Assembly (NCBI GenBank): GCA_036336835.1
Contig: JAYZFK010000088.1
Span: forward strand, 28,002-92,001
DNA: 64,000 bases
Direction: 5' to 3'
Source: Myxococcota bacterium
Lineage (GTDB): Bacteria > Myxococcota_A > UBA9160 > UBA4427
Shown: positions 35,749 through 45,098 of the stretch, piece after piece
Position numbering within the stretch: position 1 is the first letter of the stretch
Layout: each line of letters starts with the position of its first letter
Program-made: the position numbers and the translations under genes
The notes under the pieces: generated by a model
Seen by the model: only the letters and a program-made list of their open reading frames with translations
Database searches by the model: none
What the model was told of the DNA's origin: nothing

Positions 35749-37851
35749 GTGCGCCTGTTGCTGGTCGAGGACGATCCGACCACGCGCCGGATGTTGGAGC
35801 GTCTGCTCACCGGGCAGGGGTATGAGGTCACCGCCTGTGCCGACGGTGAGACCGCCCTCGACCACCACGCCCGCGAACCGGTCCCCTTCCTCGTGCTCGA
35901 TCTCGGTCTCCCAGGCGTGGATGGCCTCGAGGTCTGTCGCCGGCTCCGCGCGCGCCCCGGAGGCGATCGGGCCTATATCCTCGTCGTCACGTCCAGCACT
36001 GATCCCGAGACCCTCGGGCGAACACTCGCTGCGGGCGCCAACGATTACATCGCCAAGCCCGTCAGGCTGGATCTTCTCAAGGTTCGACTCGCCGTAGCCA
36101 ACCGCGAGATCGCCGAGATCGCTCGACGGCACCAGCTCGAGGAGCAGAACGCCGCAGCGAGTGCCGACATCAGCAGCATCATTGGATCGATTCCTGACAT
36201 GCTCTTCGTCGTCCGCGAGGACGGACGTATCCGTCAGGTCAACCAGCCGGTAACGGATGTGCTCGGCTTCGCAGCGGAAGAACTCGTCGATCGATGCGCG
36301 GACAGCGTGTTCGCGAGCGCGTTCTTCGAGGACGCAGCGCGGCGGACGGCTCCCTTTCACAGCCTCGAGGTGAAGCTCTGCTCCCGGGACGCTCGTGAGG
36401 TTCCGGTGCTGATGTCCGGATCGCCGATTCGCGGCGCGCCGGACCGGGCCGAATCCGGCGTCGTCTGCATTGCCAAGGACATGAGTGAGCGGGTGCGGTC
36501 GGAGGAGCGGATCCACACGCTCGCTTTCTACGACGGCCTGACGGGGCTCCCCAACCGTTATCTGATGCGCGAACGGATCCAGGCGGCGATGGAGTCCGCG
36601 AAGCGAGAAGGTCGGTCGATCGGTTTGCTCTTCCTGGATCTCGATCGATTCAAGCGGATCAATGACACGCTTGGGCATCAGGCTGGAGACCGGCTGCTCT
36701 GCGATGTCGGCGAGCGCCTGGTCGGTAGCGTGCGGCTCAGCGATTCTGTCGCGCGCGACAGAACGCGGGGTCCTCGGGGCACGGTCGCGCGCTTCGGCGG
36801 CGATGAATTCACGGTCCTGCTCGGCGACATCGGGGAGGAGGCTGACGCGACCGCCGTCGCTGCGCGAATCCTGCGCGCGTTGGCGGAGCCCTTCGAAATC
36901 GACGGCAGCGAGGTTCACGCGGGGACCAGCATCGGCATTGCCGTCTTTCCGGGTGACGGTGCCGACGCCGAGGCCCTGATGCGCAGCGCGGACACGGCCA
37001 TGTACGAGGCCAAGAAGCACGGCGGCAACGATTTCCGGCTGTTCGCGCAGCCGATGACTGAGGTCGCGTCGCGGCGGCTCCACCTCGAGAACCAGCTCCG
37101 GCGGGCGCTCGAGGCGCAGGAGCTGACCCTGCACTACCAGCCGATACGGAAGGCACTCAGCGCGGAGCTGCGCGGGGCCGAGGTATTGCTTCGCTGGAAC
37201 CTGCCTGGCGAGGGACTGATCTCGCCGGCCGAGTTCATTCCGATCGCCGAGGAGACGGGACTGATCGCCGAGATAGGCGAGTGGGTGCTGAGACAGGCGT
37301 GTGCCCAGGCCGCTGCGTGGCGGGCCGCCGGCTATGCCCCGGTCCGACTGTCGGTCAACCTGTCGGCTCGTCAGCTCCTCCAGCAGTCGCTCGCTGCAAC
37401 GGTCCTCGATTGCCTGCGCGCAAACGATCTGAGCCCGGACCAGCTCGTCCTCGAGATCACCGAGACCGCCGTGATGCAGGAGGACGACGCATCGGTGGCC
37501 ACGCTCGGTGCGCTGGCCGACGCGGGCATCAGCCTGTCTCTCGATGACTTTGGAACCGGCTACTCCTCGCTGAGCTACATCCGTCGGTTCCCGATCGATC
37601 AGATCAAGATCGATCGCTCCTTCGTGGCCGGGATCACGACGGACCCCGAAGCGGCGACGTTCACGGCGGCGATCACGGCCATGGCACACACGCTCGGCCT
37701 CGAGGTCGTGGCCGAGGGCGTCGAGACTCTGGAGCAGGCGGAGCTGCTCTGCCAGCAGACCTGCGACGCGTTGCAGGGCTATCTGTTCGGCCGGCCGGTC
37801 CCTGCAGAGGAATTCGTGAAGCTGCTGGAGCGAGAGAAGCCGACGATCTGA
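35749..37851 (+). CDS. REC-PAS-GGDEF-EAL diguanylate cyclase/phosphodiesterase
   Basis: LLVEDD, LDLGLPGVDG, AKP; PAS; DGLTGLPNR, DLDRFKRINDTLGH, RFGGDEF; EVLLRW, DDFGTGYSSL, KIDRSF, VAEGVE, QGY. Confidence 0.95.
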   Translation: MRLLLVEDDPTTRRMLERLLTGQGYEVTACADGETALDHHAREPVPFLVLDLGLPGVDGLEVCRRLRARPGGDRAYILVVTSSTDPETLGRTLAAGANDYIAKPVRLDLLKVRLAVANREIAEIARRHQLEEQNAAASADISSIIGSIPDMLFVVREDGRIRQVNQPVTDVLGFAAEELVDRCADSVFASAFFEDAARRTAPFHSLEVKLCSRDAREVPVLMSGSPIRGAPDRAESGVVCIAKDMSERVRSEERIHTLAFYDGLTGLPNRYLMRERIQAAMESAKREGRSIGLLFLDLDRFKRINDTLGHQAGDRLLCDVGERLVGSVRLSDSVARDRTRGPRGTVARFGGDEFTVLLGDIGEEADATAVAARILRALAEPFEIDGSEVHAGTSIGIAVFPGDGADAEALMRSADTAMYEAKKHGGNDFRLFAQPMTEVASRRLHLENQLRRALEAQELTLHYQPIRKALSAELRGAEVLLRWNLPGEGLISPAEFIPIAEETGLIAEIGEWVLRQACAQAAAWRAAGYAPVRLSVNLSARQLLQQSLAATVLDCLRANDLSPDQLVLEITETAVMQEDDASVATLGALADAGISLSLDDFGTGYSSLSYIRRFPIDQIKIDRSFVAGITTDPEAATFTAAITAMAHTLGLEVVAEGVETLEQAELLCQQTCDALQGYLFGRPVPAEEFVKLLEREKPTI

Positions 37852-37905
37852 CGCATTTGGAGCGGCTCTTCGCGAAGCAGAGCGGTCGGTCGGCGAGCCC
37901 TGGGG

Positions 37906-38910
37906 CTACAGGAATCGAGGCAGCACCTGCTCCGTGAAGATCTCGAAGGAGGCGTGGGACAGCGGCGTGCACAGCAGGTACTCGAGGGGCAGCGTCTCGG
38001 CGAGCTCCTGCAGATCGTCGATCACCTTCTCCGCGGTTCCGCAGATCACCACATCGCTGACATATTGCTCGACCGGGTCACCGTGCGCTGCTGCGGCGTT
38101 GGGCGGGGCGGCTTTCTGAGCGACGGCGCCCACGCCCACTGGAAGGTATGAGCCGAACATGAAGCTGGCGCCTCGGCGCGCCACCTGCTCGGCCTCGGCC
38201 TGCGTGTTGCCCAGCGCGATGTTGCGCGCCATCGGGATCTCCCGACCGGCCATGCTGTGCCCGGCCTTCTCGAGCTCTTCCTGGTAGGTCCGGCGCTTGG
38301 TTGCGATGTCGGCATGGGACGAGTGAGGATCCATCAGGATCGTGAACCCATTGCGTGCCGACCACGACACGGCGTCGACCGACGTCGAAGCCAGCCAGAC
38401 CGGTGGGTGCGGTTGCTGCACGGGCTTGGGAAGCACCTCGACGTCCTCGAACTGGTGGAACTGGCCGCGATACGTGAGGCGCTCGTTCTGCCACGCCTGC
38501 AGCACGATATCGACGTTCTCCCGGAAGCGCGGGTAGCTGTCGTCGCTGCCGACGCCGAAGCAGCGGTGCTCGATGGGATCGAATCCGCGCCCCGCTCCCC
38601 AGTTGACCCGGCCATTCGACAGCACGTCGAGCAGCGCCACCTCCTCTGCCAGCCGCAGCGGGTGGTAGAAGGGGGCGAGCGAGACCGCAGTCCCGATGCG
38701 CAGCCGTTCGGTGCGCGCGGCGATGTGCGTGCCCATCATGTGGATCGATGGGCAGACGCTGTACGTGCTGAAGTGATGCTCGGCCAGCCAGACTGCGTCG
38801 TAGCCCGTCCGCTCCATCACCTCGGCCCGCCGGAAGGCCCGCTCGTAGACTTCGGGGAGCGGAATCCGCTTCCCCGGCCAGCTGAAGAACTGCAGGACTC
38901 CGAACTTCAC
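37906..38910 (-). CDS. LLM-class flavin-dependent oxidoreductase
   Basis: GYDAVWLAEHH, RLRIGTAV, HPLRLAEEVALLD.LSNGR..G.GRG, PKPVQQPHPP. Confidence 0.92.
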   Translation of the reverse strand: MKFGVLQFFSWPGKRIPLPEVYERAFRRAEVMERTGYDAVWLAEHHFSTYSVCPSIHMMGTHIAARTERLRIGTAVSLAPFYHPLRLAEEVALLDVLSNGRVNWGAGRGFDPIEHRCFGVGSDDSYPRFRENVDIVLQAWQNERLTYRGQFHQFEDVEVLPKPVQQPHPPVWLASTSVDAVSWSARNGFTILMDPHSSHADIATKRRTYQEELEKAGHSMAGREIPMARNIALGNTQAEAEQVARRGASFMFGSYLPVGVGAVAQKAAPPNAAAAHGDPVEQYVSDVVICGTAEKVIDDLQELAETLPLEYLLCTPLSHASFEIFTEQVLPRFL

Positions 38911-38934
38911 GGCCACCCGCCTCTCGGAAGCGGG

Positions 38935-38993
38935 ATGGTACCCCCAGTGTGCGCGGAAGGAACCCGCGCCGGGAGCGGCCGCGCTGGTAACAT
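38935..38993. promoter_or_regulatory. Divergent promoter region between LLM and SDR
   Basis: TACCAT on the minus strand (38935-38940); TGGTAACAT on the plus strand (38985-38993). Confidence 0.4.
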
Positions 38994-39012
38994 CGCAGCC
39001 AGGGAGGGGCCG

Positions 39013-39813
39013 ATGGCTGGACGGCTCAACGACAAGGTCGCGATCGTCGTGGGCGCCGGACAGACGCCAGGCGACACCATCGGAAACGGCCGCGCCACGG
39101 CGATTCTCTTCGCGCGCGAGGGCGCCCGCGTCGTCGCCGTGGATCGGCGCCTGGACTCTGCCGAGGAAACGGTGAAGGCGATCGAGCAGGAGGGCGGCAG
39201 CGCGGTCGCTGTCGAGGCCGACGGCACGTGTGAGTCCGACTGCGAGACGCTGATCCGGCGCTGCGTCGATATCTGGGGCCGCGTCGACGTTCTCCACAAC
39301 AACGTCGGCATCGGCGGCGGCGACGCGGGTCCCGCGCACGTCGACGAGGCGGCCTGGGACGAGATCCTCGGCGTGAACCTCAAGAGCGTCGTGCTGCCGT
39401 GCAAGCACGTGCTACCCGTGATGCGCGCGCAGGGGGGTGGCGTCATCACCAACATCTCGTCAGTAGCAGCCGTCTGCTCCACAGGCATCGTCGCCTACAA
39501 GACCTCCAAGGCGGGGATCAACGCCTACACCCAGTCGCTCGCGATCGGCAACGCCAAGTACGGCATCCGCGCCAATGTCATCATGCCGGGTCTGATGAAC
39601 ACGCCCATGGCGATCGAGGGCATCTCCCAGGCGCGCGCGATCCCGAAGCAGGAGCTGATCCGCCAACGCGACGCGCAGGTGCCCCTGCGCGGCAAGATGG
39701 GAACCGCCTGGGACGTCGCGCACGCGGCGCTCTTCCTCGCCTCCGATGAGGCGGGCTTCATCACCGGAGTTGCGCTGGCGGTCGACGGCGGCCAGAGCGC
39801 GCGGGTCGGTTGA
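39013..39813 (+). CDS. SDR oxidoreductase
   Basis: VVGAGQTPGDTIGNG, NNVG, YKTSK (YxxxK), PGLMNTP, ITGVALAVDGG. Confidence 0.93.
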   Translation: MAGRLNDKVAIVVGAGQTPGDTIGNGRATAILFAREGARVVAVDRRLDSAEETVKAIEQEGGSAVAVEADGTCESDCETLIRRCVDIWGRVDVLHNNVGIGGGDAGPAHVDEAAWDEILGVNLKSVVLPCKHVLPVMRAQGGGVITNISSVAAVCSTGIVAYKTSKAGINAYTQSLAIGNAKYGIRANVIMPGLMNTPMAIEGISQARAIPKQELIRQRDAQVPLRGKMGTAWDVAHAALFLASDEAGFITGVALAVDGGQSARVG

Positions 39814-41114
39814 TGCATTCGAGCAGGTCGAGCACGACGCGTCGATCCAGCTTCGCGTTGCTGTTGCTGGTGGGCTGTTTCCTGTGGTTCGAGGCGATGG
39901 GTGCGATTGCGCTGTGGTGGTTCAAGGGCGAGCCGACTGGTCCGGGCGCGGTGGCGGCGCAGCGGCGGTCGCTGCTCGAGGCACCGGACTCCGGTGGGGA
40001 CTGGTTCCGCCACCGTCTGCGCTTCGAGGACGCGCTGCATCCCTACCTTGGATACGTCGCGGACCCCGATCAGCATCCCACGGCCGCACTCCCGGGGTTC
40101 AGCTCCGAGGCGATCGAGCTCGGGTTTCCCCGCAATCGCAGCAGCCTGCTCGCTCCGCGTGCGTCAGACGAGGTGGTCCTGTTGCTGGTCGGAGGATCGG
40201 TGGCACATCTGCTCGCGGATGCGGCGGCCCCGGAGCTGCGTGCCGGACTCGAGGGCAGGGGGCGGTTCGCGGGCAAGCGTGTGCGTGTCGTCTCGGCAGC
40301 CCTGCCGGGCTACAAGCAGCCCCAACAGCTGATGGCGGTCGCCTGGCTGATTGCGCTCGGTGCCCCGATCGACCTGGTGGTCAATCTCGACGGCTTCAAC
40401 GAACTGGTCCTGCCGGCTACCGAGCACACCCGGGCCGGCGTCTTCCCCTTGTATCCTCGGGGCTGGAAGGTCCGGGTCGACCGGCTGGGCGGTGCCGCGC
40501 AGCGCCTAGTGGCGCAGCAGGCCGAGACGCGGCGTGCCCGCGCTGCTTCCGCGGCGCGCTTCGATTCGCCGCTGCTGCGCTACAGCTTTACAGCTTCCGC
40601 GGTCTGGTTGGCGCTGGACCGGCGTGCTGCCTCCGAGATCGCCCTCCTCGAAGAGCAGCTTCTCGAGCTGCAGGGGGAAGCGCGTTCCAGCTACCAGGCT
40701 CGCGGTCCGAGGGCGGAGTACGCCACGACCGCCGAGCTATATGCCGCGCTGGTCGGGGCGTGGGAGCGAAGCTCGCTGGCCCTGAGCGGCCTGTGCGCCG
40801 CCCAGGGCATCGAGTACTTCCACTTCCTCCAGCCAAATCAGTATGCAGACGGCGGCAAGCCACTGACTCCCGAGGAGGAACGCACCGCCTGGCGAGCCGA
40901 CCAACCCTATCGCGAGCCCGTCCAGCTGGGCTATCCGTTGCTCGAGCAGGCCGGAGCCCGGCTCCGCTCCCGAGGTGCTCACTTCACTAGCCTGGTGCGC
41001 ACCTTCGAGGGAGTCGACGAGACGCTGTACGTCGACGACTGCTGCCACTTCAACGCGATCGGAATGAAACGCGTTGCGGACGCCGTCACTCGCGAGATCC
41101 TGGCAGACGACTAG
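39813..41114 (+). CDS. Membrane-anchored SGNH/GDSL-like protein
   Basis: N-terminal TM; GGSVA, LDGFNE, FLQP, DDCCHFN (DxxH). TGATG coupling to the SDR. Confidence 0.7.
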   Translation: MHSSRSSTTRRSSFALLLLVGCFLWFEAMGAIALWWFKGEPTGPGAVAAQRRSLLEAPDSGGDWFRHRLRFEDALHPYLGYVADPDQHPTAALPGFSSEAIELGFPRNRSSLLAPRASDEVVLLLVGGSVAHLLADAAAPELRAGLEGRGRFAGKRVRVVSAALPGYKQPQQLMAVAWLIALGAPIDLVVNLDGFNELVLPATEHTRAGVFPLYPRGWKVRVDRLGGAAQRLVAQQAETRRARAASAARFDSPLLRYSFTASAVWLALDRRAASEIALLEEQLLELQGEARSSYQARGPRAEYATTAELYAALVGAWERSSLALSGLCAAQGIEYFHFLQPNQYADGGKPLTPEEERTAWRADQPYREPVQLGYPLLEQAGARLRSRGAHFTSLVRTFEGVDETLYVDDCCHFNAIGMKRVADAVTREILADD

Positions 41115-43591
41115 CGACCCGGCCTGGTGCGCGGCTGCGGGTACTGGATCGAAATCTCGCCGGCGATCTCGTCGGCGAGGCCGAAGATGCGCAGCCCTCC
41201 GCGTCCGGGCCGATTGCGATCGGCCCAGTCGCTGGGTAGCGAGATGCGAAAGCTCGCGCCCTCGACTTCGTCGATCAGGTCCGGCAGTCCACCGGGTCGG
41301 CCGCGGAAGATCGCCTCGCCATGTGCGAAGAGCACGATTTCGTCGACGGGCTGCCGTTCTCCGCTCCGAGCTGCCACGCCGGTGATGCCGCCGCCACTCA
41401 GCACAGCCGTCCCCGTGACGGAGCCGGACACGATCGGAATCTCTCGCGTTCCGATTCGGATGAGCTCACTCTGGGCGCGCCCGATCAGCGCGAGCTGCTC
41501 GTCGCGGCGCGGCAGGGCGCGGAGTCGAAGCCCGCGCTCGGTTTCGAGGATGCGCAGGATCTCGACCCGGTTGCGCCCCGGGGTGAGCGCGGCTTCGGGA
41601 ATCAGTGCGCTGAACGCGACCGCGCCGCGCGGGTGGCGGTAGCTCTGTGTCATTGCGGCGATCCTGCCATTCACCCCGACGGCGAGCGCGATCGGCTCGT
41701 TGCGACTCTCTTCGAGCGGGAGCGTTCCGGTGATGTGGACGGGAATCGATCGGGAGGTGAGATCGACGCTGTCGAAACGCTGCGGCTGGTCGAGTGACAC
41801 GACGCTGGGCTCGGGGTGCTCGTCGAACTCGAGAGATGTGATGGCTCGACCGATCAACTCGGGATAGGGCCCGATGTCGAAGAGCCCCCGGATGCCGGTC
41901 CCGAAGCGCGAACGGATGCGCGCCGCAGTCTGCTCGCGCCCGAGCGCGATTGCGCGCGGGTCGAACTCGAGGCGCTTGCCGTGGTAGGCGTGCTTGATGT
42001 GTCGCTCGGGGGTGCTTCGGTCGAGCAACGACCGCCCGTCGATCTCCCACGGGATCTCGATTCCGAGTACGTCCGCGATCGTCGGCAGGATATCGATCGT
42101 CTCGACGAGGCGATCGACGGTCTCGCCCTCACGCTGGCGGGGCAGCTTGACGAAGAGCGGCACGGCGAGCAGGTCCGCGAAGTTGCTCGCGCTGAGATAG
42201 CGGCGGTTCTGCCCGGGCTCGAAGCTCGCGCCATGATCGCTGGCAATGATGACGAGCGCACGGTCGTAGAGCCCTGCCGCGCGCAGCGCGTCGAACAGAT
42301 CGAGCAGCATCCGATCGACGAAGCCGACCTGCAGCAGATGCCGCTGCAGGCCTTGCGTCGCTTCCCAGGGGTCCGGTCCCACGCGGTTGGCCTCGAATCC
42401 ATGGGGGAAGAGCTCGACGGGACCGAACTCCTTGCCCGAAGGCAGGGTGTTCCAGGGCGCGTGCGGCGCCAGCAGGTGCAGGAAGTAGAGCCGGGCTGCG
42501 GGCTGCTCCCGGATTGCTCTGAGTAGATCGCCGAACCCGCGCCAGCGGCCGCGGTAGGGCGCGTCGATGTCGGCGGCGCGATCGGGCCGCGCGCGGGCTC
42601 CCTCGACGAACCCCGACCAGCTGCCGTCGATCGGCGGCAGCGATGTGCTCAGGCTCGGCGGTACGATCAGGTGCAGATACAGGATCGCGGTGTCGAGCAG
42701 CAGCGTGCGCAGCTGCTCCATCCGCGGTCCGGCCGGCCGGGGCCTGTTGCAGGCGTTCTTGGGGCACAGACGGGTGATCTCCTCGAAGGCCTCCATGCGA
42801 CCGTTGCCGCGCAGCAGCGTGAACAGGTTCTCCGGATACCGGCTCAGGATCGGCGCTACCGATGCCCGCGGGTAGCGCCCGGTGAGAATCGCGGGGACGG
42901 CAAGATTCGTATCCGAGGCGACCGCGGTCGCCTCGCGAAACCACAGCGACTGGTCGGCGAAGGCCGCAAGGTTGGGGGTGCGCAGGCGATCCACGCCGCC
43001 CTGCTCGTCGAGCAGTGAGGTCAGCGGGAACTCGTCGAGTACCACCAGGACGGTCGATGTATTCGATGCGATCGCAACCACCGGGCCCGACTCGGCGACC
43101 GGCTCCGTGCGAAGTAATGGCGATCGGAGCACGAACAGCACTGGGAAGGCGAGCGCAGCGACGCTGAGCCAGCTGAGGATCCGGTTCCAGGCTGCCAGTC
43201 GGATCGACGCCGCGGCTCCTGCTGCGCCGACCGCCAGGGCCAGGCCGAGCGCGGCCCCGGCCGTTGGCAGCGCGGTGTTGCGCGACAACAGCAGCGTCAT
43301 GGCGGCGAACAGGCCGCCGGCGACGACGCCGTACGCGGCCCAGCCGGTGCGTCGGCCCGCCAGGCTGGCGAGTCCGATGGGCGTGAAAAGTACGGCCGGG
43401 GCGGCGAAGCTCAGGGTCAGGACGAGCAGGACCAGCGTGAGGGCGTCGGCCCCGTGCGCGATCAGGAAGGCCAGGTTCAGCGAGATCAGATCGTACAGCG
43501 GCTGGGCGACCCAGAAGCCCCAGAGCCCGAACACGTGCAACGCCGCCCGGCGCGGGGACCGGAAGTCTGACGGAGCGGATTGGCTTCGCAT
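41111..43591 (-). CDS. Polytopic membrane alkaline-phosphatase-superfamily (sulfatase/LTA-synthase-like) protein
   Basis: About 5 N-terminal TMs; VVLDEFP, RTPNL, SDTNLAVPAILTG (Thr at the nucleophile position), HLLAPHAPW, ASDHG, VPLFVK, DILPT. Confidence 0.8.
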   Translation of the reverse strand: MRSQSAPSDFRSPRRAALHVFGLWGFWVAQPLYDLISLNLAFLIAHGADALTLVLLVLTLSFAAPAVLFTPIGLASLAGRRTGWAAYGVVAGGLFAAMTLLLSRNTALPTAGAALGLALAVGAAGAAASIRLAAWNRILSWLSVAALAFPVLFVLRSPLLRTEPVAESGPVVAIASNTSTVLVVLDEFPLTSLLDEQGGVDRLRTPNLAAFADQSLWFREATAVASDTNLAVPAILTGRYPRASVAPILSRYPENLFTLLRGNGRMEAFEEITRLCPKNACNRPRPAGPRMEQLRTLLLDTAILYLHLIVPPSLSTSLPPIDGSWSGFVEGARARPDRAADIDAPYRGRWRGFGDLLRAIREQPAARLYFLHLLAPHAPWNTLPSGKEFGPVELFPHGFEANRVGPDPWEATQGLQRHLLQVGFVDRMLLDLFDALRAAGLYDRALVIIASDHGASFEPGQNRRYLSASNFADLLAVPLFVKLPRQREGETVDRLVETIDILPTIADVLGIEIPWEIDGRSLLDRSTPERHIKHAYHGKRLEFDPRAIALGREQTAARIRSRFGTGIRGLFDIGPYPELIGRAITSLEFDEHPEPSVVSLDQPQRFDSVDLTSRSIPVHITGTLPLEESRNEPIALAVGVNGRIAAMTQSYRHPRGAVAFSALIPEAALTPGRNRVEILRILETERGLRLRALPRRDEQLALIGRAQSELIRIGTREIPIVSGSVTGTAVLSGGGITGVAARSGERQPVDEIVLFAHGEAIFRGRPGGLPDLIDEVEGASFRISLPSDWADRNRPGRGGLRIFGLADEIAGEISIQYPQPRTRPGR

Positions 43592-43636
43592 CGAAACGAG
43601 GGTCGCTCTGGCGGAACGGATCTCGAGGCGGCGTCG

Positions 43637-44476
43637 CTAGGCATCGCCGATGCCGTGCACCTGGTCTCTCGATGGATTCTCGCCCGCCACGACGCGTTCG
43701 AAGCGCTCGAGGACGAGCGGCTTGACCTCTTCGTTGGGCAGGATGAAGAGCAACTCCTCGTGGATCGCCTCGACGACGCTCCGCGCAATCCGTGCGGGCG
43801 GGGTTCCGAGCCGCGAGAGCATGTCGCAGGCGCGGCTCTGGAAGTCGCCGTAGCTCGCGGGGCCGCCGTCGTCGCCCGGCCGGTTGCGCTCGCTCTGGAA
43901 GATCCTGGTGTCGACCAGACCGGGGCAGAGCACCGAGAGCCCCACCCCCGTGTCGGCCAGCTCGAGAAACAGGGTCTCGGACAGACCCACAACAGCGTGC
44001 TTGGTCGCTACGTAGGCTCCGAGACCGGGTGCGGCGATCAGGCCTCCCGCCGACGCCGTGTTGACGATGTGACCCTCGCCCTGCTCGATGAGGATGGGGG
44101 CAAAGACCGAGCAACCGTAGGCGACACCGAGGAGGTTCACATCGACGAGCCAACGCCAGTCCTCGAAGCTGGTTTCGAGTACAGGCCCCAGGGGCGCGAC
44201 GCCGGCGTTGTTGCAGACGACGTGGACTGTGCCGAAGCGGTCGAGGGCCGCATCGGCGAGCGCGCGCACTTGCTCCGGGTCGCGCACGTCGGTGGGCACA
44301 CCGAATGCCTCGCTGCCGCCGGCTTCGAGCTCCGCGACGGCCGCCTCGAGAGCGGGCTTCTCGACATCGGCTAGCACGAGCTTCATGCCTTCGTCGGCGA
44401 ACGCGTCCGCCAGCGCGCGACCGATGCCGCTCGCTCCGCCGGTGATGACTGCCACCTTGCCGCTGAGATCTCGCAT
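43637..44476 (-). CDS. SDR oxidoreductase
   Basis: TGGASGIG, NNAGV, NTAS, YVATK, LCPG.V.T. Confidence 0.93.
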   Translation of the reverse strand: MRDLSGKVAVITGGASGIGRALADAFADEGMKLVLADVEKPALEAAVAELEAGGSEAFGVPTDVRDPEQVRALADAALDRFGTVHVVCNNAGVAPLGPVLETSFEDWRWLVDVNLLGVAYGCSVFAPILIEQGEGHIVNTASAGGLIAAPGLGAYVATKHAVVGLSETLFLELADTGVGLSVLCPGLVDTRIFQSERNRPGDDGGPASYGDFQSRACDMLSRLGTPPARIARSVVEAIHEELLFILPNEEVKPLVLERFERVVAGENPSRDQVHGIGDA

Positions 44477-44574
44477 GAGTGTGCCGCTCCTGGCCGCCTC
44501 TTCACGAACATCCTCACCCCGCGCGGAGCGCGCGCGCACACAACCGCCGCGCCGCGCGTCGGCCGGTGGCGAGC

Positions 44575-45078
44575 TCAGGCGGGCTCCCGCGAGGCGTGCG
44601 CCAGTGCCCACCAGCCCACGATCGGCGTTGCGACGGCGGCCAACAGGGCCGCCCAGGCCGCCTTGAAGCCGATGAAGGAACCGACGGCGAAGGGCTGCGC
44701 GTTGCCAAGGCTGAGCGCGATGAGCAGCGGGATCGCGCCCAGCAACACTCCCCCCGCGCCCAGCAGCAGGCCGCGTGTCAGCACCGGGCGGTGGGACCAG
44801 CCGACCTGTGGCACCTGCCGCTCTGGCAGCGGCGAGAGCTTGCCTGCGCGCACCTGCCCGCCGACCAACCGGCTCACGATCAAGCAGGTGAGGAAGGGCA
44901 GCAGGAAGGCGGTGGCCAGCAGGTCGATGCCCATTCCCGACTCGCCCCACAGCGGGATCGAGCTGGCCGAACGAAACAGCAGCCACGCGATCAAGCCGTT
45001 GAGGACGAGGTTGAAGCCGCTGGGCACGATGCCCTGGTGCAGGACGAGGAAGTACCGGTGCTCGGGGGAGAGCTGCAT
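44575..45078 (-). CDS. Hypothetical 4-TM membrane protein
   Basis: SD GGAG; four hydrophobic segments; lies between two co-oriented genes. Confidence 0.7.
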   Translation of the reverse strand: MQLSPEHRYFLVLHQGIVPSGFNLVLNGLIAWLLFRSASSIPLWGESGMGIDLLATAFLLPFLTCLIVSRLVGGQVRAGKLSPLPERQVPQVGWSHRPVLTRGLLLGAGGVLLGAIPLLIALSLGNAQPFAVGSFIGFKAAWAALLAAVATPIVGWWALAHASREPA

Positions 45079-45098
45079 TTCGACTCCTGCCGTGTCCG

